Assembly (NCBI RefSeq): GCF_009914755.1
Contig: NC_060937.1
DNA: 64,000 nt
Strand: one strand, 5' to 3'
Source of the DNA: the human T2T-CHM13v2.0 reference genome, Homo sapiens
The position numbers and the translations under genes are program-made. Numbering within the stretch: position 1 is the stretch's first letter; each line of letters starts with the position of its first letter. Under the pieces are notes generated by a model that ran no database searches, was not told where the DNA came from, and saw only the letters and a program-made list of their open reading frames with translations. Below, piece after piece: positions 20,481-40,300 of this stretch.

Positions 20481-23475
20481 TCACTCCTCCTTTCCATCAG
20501 TCACCCCCAAGTTTTCCAGGCTACACCTCGTAGGAAACTGTTGTCCTGCTTTGATTTCATACGCCACCTTTGGGACAATCTAAGAACTTACAGGTTTTCT
20601 TGGCCAGATTTATTAGGAATTGTATGCACTGAAACACTGAAAACCAACTAGTGGTTCTGTGCTTCCCACGTTGTGGTTTTGACACCAGCAGCATCCTTGC
20701 CACAATCAAACCCCGGAGATCCGCAGATCTGTGGTGTAACAAGACCTCCCCCTGACCCTGATGCATGGCAGTTGAAGAAGTCTTTCCGTGTAAGCGAAAA
20801 GACTTTGAAGAAAAGGTGGAGATATGCGTTGTATAAACATTCTTTTGCTCTGGAACCACGTAGAGACTTGGGAGCCAGTTGGGTGGAGCATTCGTTGGAT
20901 GAGGGTGCTCGGGTTAGGAATATCAAGGTGTTTCTCCAGATAATCCAATCATCTAATTAAGATTCCAGGTATGCTCATCCGTTTTAAAATTCCGTTTGGG
21001 TAAATTCTTTTAGTCAGACTGAGAATGGCAATGCCTCAACCCCAATTTCCAGGGAGGGTGGAGAGCCTCAGGTGGAGTTGATCACCAATAGCCTATGGTT
21101 TAACCCATCATGCCTATAGAATGAGGTCTCCATCAAAACCCAAAAGGACTGGGTTCAGAGAGCTACTGGATAACACTTCCTGGAAGGTAGTGCGCCCCTC
21201 CCTGCATGCCGGGCCCCACCTTTATTTCTGAACTTTGTGCAATGTCCGCTAAAATACAACGGCAAATGTAAGTGTTTCCCTGCGTGCTGTGAGCTCTTCC
21301 AGCAAATGAATGCAACTAAATCTGGGAGTGGTGGCAACCTGATTTATAGCCAGTTGCTGAGAAGCACAGGTAAAACAACGTACGGCTTCCCATTGTTATT
21401 GGTGTGGGAGGCCTGTCTGGCGGGACTCGGCCCTTTGGAATCTAATGCTATGTCCCGGTAGATAGCGTCACCATTGAATTAGAAGACACACATATGTGGA
21501 GAATAATCTTTCTGGTCATTTACTGCATGTCATATTTACAATATGTAATCAAATTCTTTATCCTGACCTTATGGCACCTGGGTTTAGGACCATGATTTGA
21601 ACCAAACGTTGGTCTGTCACTTTCTGAGTTTGAAACTTTATTTTGCCTTTAGCGTTTTGCTATTGCTTTTTCGTTTTCTTTTGTTTCGTTTCGTTTCTAA
21701 GTTCTGGGGTATATGTGCAGGATGTGCAGATTTGTTACTAAGGTAAACGTGTGCCATGGTGGTTTGCTGCACCTGTCAACCCGTCACCGAGGTATTAAGC
21801 CCAGCATGCAGTAGCTGTTTTTCTTAACGCTCTGCCTCCCGAAAGGCCCCAGTGTGTGTTGTTCCCCTTCCTGTGTCCATGGGATCTCACTTTTCAGCTC
21901 CCATTATAAGTGAGAAGGTGGCGTTTGGTTTTCTTTCCCTGGATTAGTTTGCTGACGATAATGACCACACATCACCACTGTTTTTGTTTTTTAGTATAAA
22001 GAGTAGTATTTTATTGAATAAGATTTGCTCACAGAAAAATAAGCTTAAATCTACAATGAATGCCAGACCCTACAGCAGAAAGCAATTTTCTCACTTTTCC
22101 ACACACAATGGTTCCTACTAAGTGAAAAAAAAGCCATAAAATTTCATTCACAAATGTACTACTCTGTCTCAAAACATCTCACGTAATCATGCACTGTACT
22201 AAAGCCATCAGATCAGTTCTTCAGTCAGGTTAAAGAAGTATCCCTCTAATAACTGACTTTTATAATGCTATCAATATCCACTCCCAATCAGTCTGCCATT
22301 GTTAATGGTGTACAGCATTACTGAATACAACGGAATTGATGTCGCCCATATCCACAGACAAACCGTGACTTATGATGGTTTGATTTATGATTTTTCAACG
22401 TTATGATGGGTTTATTGGAATATTAGATTCGTTTCTGAGTTACACTGGGTTTATGAGTATGCGACCCTACACTCCAGAAACAGCTGTATAAGGAAAAACA
22501 GGTGTACCTAATAAAAATATGCTTAGTGACTTGGGATAAACCAATAGATGTTCACAAGTGATGGAGAGCCGTGAAAGAGAGATAGCGGTAAATAGTTACA
22601 ATAACACAATTTTCCTGCACCTGTCGAGGATTTCCCCCAAAAAACGCAGAATGTGGGATGCACCTAAGGCATATGAAAGAGAGAGGGCAGAAGGAGTAAG
22701 AGAGAAATAGGAGGAAGGAAGGAAGGAAGCAAGGAAGAAAGGAAGGAAGGAAAGAAGGAAGGTAGGACGGAAGGAAGGAAGGAAGGAAGGAAGGAAGGAA
22801 GGAAAGAAGGAAGTTAGGACGGAAGGAAGGAAGGAAGGAAGGAAGGAAGGAAGGAAGGAAAGAAGGACGAAAGGAAGGAGCAAACACCGGTGTTACTAAA
22901 ACCCCCCAAAAAATGGTTTCCCCCTGTGGGTAAGCCTACAATGTGGATGAATCTTGAAAATATTGTGCTACGTGTTATGTCAGTCATAGCAGCTCACCTA
23001 TTGTGCAATTCCGTTTATAGGAAATGTCCACAATATGGAAATCTATGCATATGGGATTGATCGCACTAGGTAGTTGCTACCTAGGGCTGAGGGTCAGGGA
23101 GAGGGTTTGAGACAGAAGGAGGAGTGACTAATGTCTACAGCGTTTTTCTCTGGTCGGGGGTGATAAGACGTTTTACAATGGATTGCGAATTAAAATTGAA
23201 TGTGCACAACCACAGGTATACTAAAAGCCACTCAATTCATGACTTTTAATGGGGGAATCTTATGTGGCGCAGTCTTATGGAGACCACGGCAGACATAGTG
23301 AGAGAGAAAAAGGTGAGTAAATATCTGAAACGGAGGCAGAAACAGAGAGAATGAAAAGCCCTGTGAATGGAAGGGAGAGCGAAAAGGGAAAATGGTCCCA
23401 TTTGCAAATGACAGATGTGAAACTGGGGTTCACATCAACAGAGTCACTGCCAGGAGGAGGGTCATGCTAGCCATG

Positions 23476-26151
23476 TCACCGGTAGGGTGGCCCGCAGGGA
23501 CGCCGACCTGCTGGAGCTTCGTGCCAGCATGGGCTGTGGCAACCACGTGGGCCAGCAGGAGGTTCCCGCTGCACAGCTGTGGGGTGAGGATAGACTAGGT
23601 GGTGATATCGGCCATTACAGGGGCCTCTTCTGCTGGCAAGAGTGTGACAGTAGCAAGTAGATGGACAGGCCTGCGTGTGAGGACGGAATGCAGGAGGGGT
23701 TCTTGTGCGGCTGGGTGTGGGGCCCTCACGGGAACCGTGGAGAAATGGCCAGGTAACTGCGTCATGTGGGCTAGTAGATTGGCCAGGGCTTCGAACTGAA
23801 GGACGATAACGGGGAGTAGCTGTCAGGCCCTGGGAGTGCCTGAGTGTAAGTGGAGATGGGTTTGGGGTCACTGAGGGATGCGTGGGAGCCATCCCCGTAT
23901 AGGTACAGGTCATAGGGAGATAGTCTCGTGAGGCCTGTGAGTGTCTAGGGTTGTCCTGGGTGCCTGGGGCTGACTGTGGCAGAAATCTGGGGAAGGCTGG
24001 AGAGAAGCTGGGAGACCCAGGAGAGTCCCTGAAGGCAGGGGGTGAAGAGGTGAAAGAAATGGGGGAGGGTTGCAGTAAGGTCCGTGAGTTTGTAGGTGAT
24101 TCCTGGGTGCGGGAAGCTGACTCCAGGTGAAATCTGGAGATGGTTGGAGAGTAGCTGAGAGAGACAGAAGAGTCCCTGAGGGCTGGGGGTGAGAACATGA
24201 GGGAGACGGGGGAGTAAGTCAGTGAAATTCGTGAGTTCGGTGGTGTATCGTGGGTGCCTGGAACTGACTCCAGCTGGAATCTAGAGAAGTTTTGAGAGTA
24301 GCTGAAGGAGACACAAGAGTCCCTGTGGGCTGAGGGCAAAGACCTGAGAGAGACCAGGGAGGACCTCAGTGAAGTCTGTGAGTCTGTAGGTGATTCCGGA
24401 GTGTGGGAGGCTGACTCCCGCTGAAATCCGGGCGTGGTGGGAGAGTAGCTGGGACAGACAGGAGAGTCCCAGGGGCCTGGGGGTGAAGACATGAGAGAGA
24501 CTGGGGAGTAACTCAGTGAAATTGCTGAGTTGGTTGGTGATACCTGGGTGCCTGGAACTGACCCCCGCTGAAATCTGGGCATGGTTGGAGAGTAGCTGGG
24601 ACACACAGGAGAGTCCCTGAGGGCTGGTGGTGAAGACATGAGCGAGACCGGGGAGTAACTGAGTGAAACTGGTGAGTTTGGTGGTGACTCCGGGGTGCCT
24701 GGAACTGACTCCAGCTGAAATGTGGGCGTGGTTGGAGAGTAGCTGGGACAGACAGGAGAGTCCCTGAGGACTGGGGAAGACATGAGAGAGAGTGGAGGGT
24801 AATTGAGTGAAATTGGTGACTTTGGTGGTGATTCCTGGGTGCCTGGAACTGATTCCCGCTGAAGTGTGGGCGTGGTTGGAGAGTAGCTGGGACACACAGC
24901 AGAGTCCCTGAGGGTTGGAGATAAAGACGTGCTAGAGACTGAGGAGTAACTGAGTGAAATTGGTGAGTTTGGTGGTGATTCCGGGGTGCCTGGAACGGAC
25001 TCCAGCTGAAATGTGGGCGTGGTTGGAGAGTAGCTGGGACAGACGGGAGAGTCCCTGAGGGATGGTGAAGACATGAGAGAGACTGGGGAGTAACGCAGTG
25101 AAATTGGTGAGTTTGGTGGTGATTTCTGGGTGCCTGCAACGGACTCCCGCTGAAGTGTGGGCGTGCTTGGAGAGTAGCTGGGACAGACAGGCGAGTCCCT
25201 GAGGGTTGGAGATAAAGACGTGCTGGAGTCTGGGGAGTAACTCAGTGAAAGTGGTGGGCTTGGTGGTGATCCCAGGGTTCCTTGAACTGACCCGCGCTGA
25301 AATGTGGGCGTGGTTGGAGAGTAGCTGGGACAGACTGGAGGGTCCGTAAGGGCTGGGGGTGAAGACGTGAGAGAGACTGGCGAGGATCTCACTGAGGTCT
25401 GTGAGTTTGTAGGTGTTTCTGGGGTGTGGGGTACAGACTCCCGCTGAAATCTGGGCGTAGTTGGAGAGTAGCTGGGACAGACAGGAGAGTCATGGGTGGC
25501 TGAGAGTGAGCTGCTGGATGATGGCAGTAAGAACATATGGTGCATTATTGATGAATGAGGTGACTGTGAAGAATCTCCGGAGGACACGGGAGAACACAAA
25601 GACATGAGTGATTGTCCTGCTTGGTTAGGAAAGGGAAACGTAAATTGTGGAATTCTGTTGATGATGGATGTGAGAGTGGCGAAGCCCTGCGGGATGATGT
25701 AGGGGACTTCCACATCCCTGGTGAGGAGCTGCCCCTTGGGTCTGAGTTTCTGGGAGGGGAGAGGGAGAAGCTGGGTGAGGCAGGCATGAATCTTGAGGAG
25801 TCAGGGCTGGGGGACCGCTCATATTCTCCCGAGACCTGTGAGTCTCTGCGGGACTCCTGGGTGCATGGGGCTGACTCCCGCAGGAACCTGGGGATGGCTG
25901 GAGAGTAACTGGGAGCCACAGGAGGGTCCCTGAGGCCTGGGGTTGAAGAGATGCAAGACAGAGTGGTGGAGCAGCGTGAGTCTCGTGAGTTTGTAGGTGA
26001 TTCCTGGGTGTGGGGGGCTGACTCCAGCTGAAATCTGGGGTTGTTTGGAGAGTAGCTGGGAGGCACAGGAGACCCCCCGAGAGCTGGGGGTGAGATGCTG
26101 GGTGATGGCAGTAAGAACATGTGGTATATTATTGATGAACGTGGGGACTCT
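23476..26151 (-). pseudogene. 5'-truncated, frameshifted copy of the ACRO ORF
   Basis: Lacks promoter and ATG (array ends at 26151). 1-bp deletion at ~25644 ('cgtaaattg' vs 'cgtaaagttg') and 3-bp deletion at ~25578. Confidence 0.85.
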
Positions 26152-27142
26152 AGCTTGTCAATGATTCTAGCTTATATTAATATGCAATGTATACAATATG
26201 CTAACATTTACAATATATGTTTATAGTTTAAACATTTCTGTCATATTTTCAGATTCTTTAAAGATTATATTACACTTCCTGTTTCAGATAGCTGCTTAAA
26301 ATGAGTAAGGCAGGAAAACAAATACAGACCAGACCATGGAGGGTTTGTGTTTCATGGCTCCCATCTGGGTACCCAAGGAACCTACATGTAGCTCGTGTGT
26401 GGAGAGCCTACATTGCCCACTCAAAGCAATTGAGGATGGAACAGTCTTGGGGCTGGAGCTCATTTTTTGGAATGATAACCACATCTGCACAGAGAGGACC
26501 TGATAAGATGTTGTCCTTCCATGTATATCTGGGAATCCTTTGTAGGGTCTCTCTGTAAGGACAGGGGCAGTGTTGTCTCCTTGGCCTCTAGTTAGCCTCA
26601 CGAGTAGTCTAGTAAAGGCTTTGCCAACTTGTCACCATCTGTGGATATTCTGGCCAGCTCTTGTTTTCACCCTACTGACTTCTTCAGACACTAGGCTTTT
26701 GCTTTAGACCACTCATGGTTTTTCTTCCTCTTCAAATCAGTAATCAATAAATCCTCTTCAAATCAATAGATTTCCACTCCTTTAGGAAACTCTGATCTTC
26801 TGGTCATGCCAAGGTTTAATTAACTGGTTTAATTGTTTTTCTGTTTTCTTGGTTTCTTTTTCCTTCTTCCTGGGGGTTTCTAGTAATTTTAGTTTCATGT
26901 CTCACTTTCTCCATTTTTTAGTTCTTAGTTTTCTTCTGTGATTATTTTCACTGCAGCTGCAGGGCCTAATCCTGGGTTGGCAGAGAACTAGCACTTACTC
27001 TGCCCTAATTGGAATCCGGGAGAGATAGGAGGTGCCCTAGTTTGAAAATGTGTTTGCTCCTCTCTGCTTCTGGTAGTCTCTCTGTAGGAGTACTTTACGT
27101 ATTCTGAATATTCACTTCTTATGAGATACATGATGTGCAACT

Positions 27143-27357
27143 ATAGGTTGAATGTCTCTGATCCAAAAATCTGAAATCCCAAATGCTCCAAATTCTGAAA
27201 CTTTTTGAGTGCCAACATGACACTCAAAGGAAATGCTTAGTGGAGCATCGCAGACTCAGGTGTTTGAATTCGAGATGCTCAACCAGTAAGAATAATGCAA
27301 ATATTACAAAATCTGAAACACATCCCAAGCATTTCAAATAAGGGACACTCAACTGGT
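27143..27357. mobile_element. Tigger4a/MER46-like MITE
   Basis: Terminal inverted ends 'taggttgaatgtctct'...'agggacactcaactgg' and internal 'aaatgctccaaattctgaaactttttgagtgccaacatgac'. Confidence 0.75.
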
Positions 27358-27359
27358 AT

Positions 27360-30120
<2,761 letters not shown>

Positions 30121-30241
30121 TTTGTCCTATTGTAATATAATTGCATTGTTTTTAATAAAGGTAATTAATGAAACAGATAATGAATTTTGCTTCTGTTTTT
30201 ATAATATTTTAAGCATTCTTAACTCAGAAATGTAAATTTTA

Positions 30242-32123
<1,882 letters not shown>

Positions 32124-32164
32124 CTAAAATATACCCTCTTAAGTTTTTTTTTAAGTGTACAATA

Positions 32165-35410
<3,246 letters not shown>

Positions 35411-37200
35411 CTTTTGATAGGCTCTGACAATCTCTATCTTTGAATTGGTACATTCATACTATTAACATTCAAAGTGATTATTGATATCATTGGATTAATA
35501 TATATTATATTTGTTACTGTTTTCTATTCATTCTCCTCAGTCTTCATTCTTTTGTCTACCACTCTTTTTCTGCCTTTTGCAGTTTTCATTGATGATTTTA
35601 GATGACTACATTTTCCGTCTTTTTTAGCATGTACTTCTCTTTTTAAAATTTTTTTTAACTATTTGCCACAGAATTTGCAATATACATTTACAACAAATTC
35701 AAGTCCACTTTCAAATAACACTATCCCACTATCCCACAAATAGGACTACCTGCTTAACAAACAAAACACCTAATTCCTCAATATACATTTACAACCAATT
35801 CAAGTCCACTTTCAGATAACACTATCCCACTTCACGGGTGACTACCTGCTTAACAAAGAAAACACCTGATTCCTCCCTCCCATCCTTCCATTCCATTCCT
35901 TGTATTATTGTTCCTTATTTCCCTTGTGTATAAGCATACATAATCTATCTGTGTGTATTTGTTGTTATCTACAAACTTATTGGTCAGATCAATTATGAAT
36001 AAATACATGTTTTTATTTTACCACAATTCCTCCCTCCCATCCTTCCATTGCATTCCTTGTATTAGTGTTACTCATTTCACTTGTGTATAAGCATACATAA
36101 TCTATCTGTGTGTATTTGTTATTGTCTGTGAACTTCTTGGTCAGATCAATTAAGAATAAATATATAGGTTTTTATTGTACCGCAATTCTTTCTTTAATGA
36201 TCTTTTTAAAAAATTGTTGATCCAAGTTTCAGTTAAATATCTTTTGTTTCCCTCTAAAGAATTTCATTTAACATTTCTTGCAAGACAGGTCTCCTGGCAA
36301 CAAGTTTCTTGAATTTTTATTTTTCTGAGGAAGGCCTTAATTCTCCTTCACTTTTGAAGGGTGGTTTCAGTGTGTACAGAAACTTAGGTTGGTGGGGTTT
36401 TTTCTGTCAATATTTTCAATTTTTCATTTCACTGTCTTCTTGCTTTCACAATTTCTGCAATGTTGAATGCCGTTCTTATCTTTGTGTCTCTGTAGGTAAG
36501 GTGTTTTCTGCCCCACCTCTGGTTTCTTTCAGAGTTTTCCTTTATCTTTTATTTCATATAGTTTGAAAATTATATGTCCAAGTGTAGGTTGTTGGCATTT
36601 ATTCTGCATGGTGTTCTCGGAGCTTCCTGGATCTTTGGTTTGGTGTCTGACATTAATACTGGAAGTTCTCAGACATGGTAGTTGCAGAACTTTCTTCTAT
36701 TTCTTCTCCTCCTGGTATTCTCATTACTCTGTTTCACCTTTTGTAGTTGTCCCACAGTCTTGGATATCATCTTCTGTTCTTTTCAGTGTTTCTTTTCTTT
36801 AGTTTTTGAAGTTTCTGATGATAAATCCTCAAGCTCAGAGACTCTTTACTCAGCTGAGTCCAGTCTACTAATAAGCCATCAGAGGTATTCTTCAGTTATT
36901 TACCACATTTTTTATCACTACATTATGTTGAAGGTTCTTACGATGTCTGTCTTTCTGATTACATTACCCATCTACACTTGAATGCTGTCTACTTCATTCA
37001 TTAGAGCCCTTAACATATTCTCCAGAGGTTTAAAAAAAATCCAAAATCATATTTTTGTCTGCTTATGAAGCTTGCTCTGTTGACACAAATTGTATTTTTT
37101 TCTTTTTTTGGACTTTAGTATGCCTTGCAATTTGTTCCCTTTAGTCTCATGCATGAAGTACCCACGAAAAGTGACTGCTGTTAGTATAGCTTCAGTAATG
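35411..37200 (-). mobile_element. Degenerate old L1M sequence
   Basis: T-rich strand with L1M-like motifs ('atttcttgcaagacaggtct','ttttcagtgtttctttt..aagctcagagactcttt'). Boundaries approximate. Confidence 0.55.
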
Positions 37201-37229
37201 TGGTGATGAGGTGACAGGGCAGCTGATGC

Positions 37230-37368
37230 TCTCTTAGTCTCTTTAGGCTACTATAACAAAATACTTTAGACTGAGTAATTCATAAACAACAGAGATTATT
37301 GCTCACAGATCTGGAGGCTGGAAAGTCCAAGACTAAAGGACCAGGATATTTGGTGTTTGGTGAAGGTC
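37230..37368 (-). mobile_element. MaLR LTR fragment (MLT1A/MST-like)
   Basis: 'tcttagtc..aggctactataacaaaatactttagactgagtaattcataaacaacagag..ctggaggctggaaagtccaagactaaagg..tttggtgtttggtgaagg'. Confidence 0.8.
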
Positions 37369-40300
37369 AAACATTCAGACACTTGCAACGACTATAGTGA
37401 CAGCAGCAGTCTTCAGAAATCCTATGTGAGGGACAAACACTCAGAAGCCAGCTGGAGTGTTCTAGAATCCTACGTGAGGGAAAAACATTCAGACCCCAGC
37501 AGTAGTGTTGTGGAATCCTATGTGAGGGAAGAACATTCAAACCCTCGTAGCAGTGTTCTGGAATCCTATGTGAGGGAAAAAAATTCAGAACCTCGTAGCA
37601 GTGTTCTGGAATCCTATGTGAGGAACAATCAGACCACATCAGGAATGTTCTGGAATCCTATGTGAGGGACAAACCTTCAGAGTACAGCAGGAGTGTTGTG
37701 GAATCCTATGTGTGGGACAAACATTCATACCACAGCAGGAGTGCTCTGCAATCCTATGTGAGGGACAAACATTTCAAAACCTCGTAGCAGTGTGCTGGAA
37801 TGTTATGTCAGGGACAGACATTTAGACCCTCACAGCAGTGTTCTGGAATCCCATCTGCGGGACAAACATTCAGACACTCGCAGCAGTGTTCTGGAATTCT
37901 ATGTGAGGGACAGACATTCAAACCCCAACAGCAGTGTTCTGGAATCCTATCTGAGGGACAAACATTCAGAACCTCATAGCACTGTACTGGAATACTATGT
38001 GAGGGACAAACATTCAGACCATGGCAGTTCCGAAATGCTATGTGAAGGACAAACATTCAGACCTTCGTAGCAGTGTTCTGGAATCCTATGTGAGGGACAA
38101 GTTTCAGAACCTCGTAGCAGTGTCCTGGAATCTTATGTGAGGGAGAGACATTTAGACCCTCGCAGCTGTGTTCTGGTATCCCATGTGAGAGACAAACATT
38201 CAGACCCTCCCAGCCGTGTTCTGGAATTCTATGTGAGGGAAAGACATTCAAACCCCAGCAGCAGTGTTCTGGAATCCGATTTGAGGGGCAGACATTCAGA
38301 CCCCAGCAGCAGTGTTCTGGAATCCTATGTGAGGGACAAACATTCAGACCCCAGCAGCAGTGTTCTGGAATCCTATGTGAAGGAAAAATATTAAGACCCT
38401 CGTAGCAGTGTCCTGGAATCATATGGAAGGGACAACCATTCAGACACCAGCAGAAGTCTTCTGGAATCCTAGGTGTGGGAAAAACATTCAGAACCTAGTA
38501 GCAGTGTTCTGGAATCCTATGTGAGGGACATACATTCAGACCACGGCAGCAGTGTTCTGGAATGGTATGTGAAGGACAAACATTCAGACCCTTGTAGCAG
38601 TGTTCCGGAATCCTATGTGAGGGACAAACATTCAGACCACGGCAGCAGTGTTCCGGAATCCTGTATGACGGACCAACATTCAGACCCTTGCAACAGTGTT
38701 CTGGAATACTAGGTGAGGGAGAATTATTTATACCCTCGTAGCAGTGTTCTGTAATCCTATGTGAGAGACAAACATTCAGACCCCAGGAGCAGTGCTCTGA
38801 AATCCTAAGTTAAGGGAAACATTGAGACCCCAGCACGAATGTTCTGGAATCCTATGTGAGGGACAAACATTCAGACCACGGCAGGAGTGTTCTGGAATCC
38901 TATGTGAGGAACAAACATTCAGACCTCAGCAGGAGTGTTCTGGTATCCTATATGAGGGATAAGCATTTAGACCCTCGTAGCAGTGTTCTGGAATCCTATG
39001 TGAGGGAGAAGCATTCAGAGCACAGCAGGAGTGCTCTGGAATCCCATGTTAGGGACAAACATTCAGAACCTGGTACCATTGTGCTGGAAACCTATGTGAG
39101 GGACAGACATTTAGACCCTCGCAGCAGTGTTCCGGAATCCCATGTGAGGGACAAACATTCAGATCCTCGCAGCAGTGTTCTGGAATACTATGTGAGTGAC
39201 AAACATTCAGACTCCAGCAGCAGTGCTCTGTATTCCTATGTGAAGGACAAACATTCAGAACCCAGGAGCAGTGTTTTGAAATCATATGTTAAGGGCAAAC
39301 ATACAGACCCTAGCATCAATGTTCTAGAATCCTATGTGAGGGACATACATTCAGACCCTTGCAGCAGTGTTCTGGAATCCCAGATGGGGGACAAACATTC
39401 AGACAATGGCAGCAGTGTTCTGGAATCCTATGTGAGGCACAAACACTCAGAGCCTCGTAGTGGTGTTCTGGAATCCTATGTGAGGAACAAACAATCAGAC
39501 CACAGCAAGAGTGTTCTGGAATCCTTTGTTAGGGACAAACATTCAGATCACAGCAGCAGAGTTCTGGAATCCTATGTGAAGGACAAACATTCAGACCCTC
39601 GTAGCAATGTTCTGGAATCCTAAGTGAGGGACAAACTTTCAGACAACAGCAAGAGTGTTCTGGAATCCAATGTGAGGGACAAACATTCAGACCCTCGTAG
39701 TAATTTTCTGGAACCCTAAGTGAGGGACAAACATTCAGAATTTCATAGCAGTGTTCTGGAATCCTACATGAGGGATAAACATTCAGACCACAGCAGGAGT
39801 GTTCTGGAATCCTATGTGAGGGACAAAAATTCAGATGCCAGCATAAGTCTTCTGGAATCCTATGTGAGGGACAAACATTCAGACCCTCATAGCAGTGTTC
39901 TGGAATCCTGTGTGAGGGACAAACATTCAGACCACAGCAGGAGTGTTCTGGAATCCTGCGTGAGGGACAAACATTCAGACCCTTGTGGCAGTGTTCTGGA
40001 ATCCTATGTGAGAGACAAACATTCCCACCACAGCAGGAGTGTTCTCGAATCCTATGTGAGGGCAAACATTCAAACCACAGCAGGAGTGTTCTGGAATGCT
40101 ATGTGAGGGACAAACATTCAGACACTCACAGCAGGCTTCTGGAATCCTACGTGAGGGACAAATATTTAGACAATGGCAGCAGTGTTCTGGAATCCTATGT
40201 GGGGGACAAACATTCAGAGCCTTGTAGTGTTGTGGAATCCTATGTGAGGGACAGACATTTAGACCACAGCAGCAGTGTTCTGGAATCCCATGTGAGAGAC

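Larger units (their letters stand above)
6332..26151 (-). repeat. Tandem array of ~6.3-kb ACRO1-composite units (~3.1 copies)
   Basis: ORF starts at 7441/13776/20094 (periods 6335, 6318) and stops at 10795/17113/23476 (periods 6318, 6363). Spacers are near-identical (MER21, L1, GGAA, GT repeats). Confidence 0.95.

Noticed and set aside
26296-26720. Unique-looking stretch with a 101-aa minus-strand ORF
   Set aside because: No recognisable domain or family; would need BLAST to say more.
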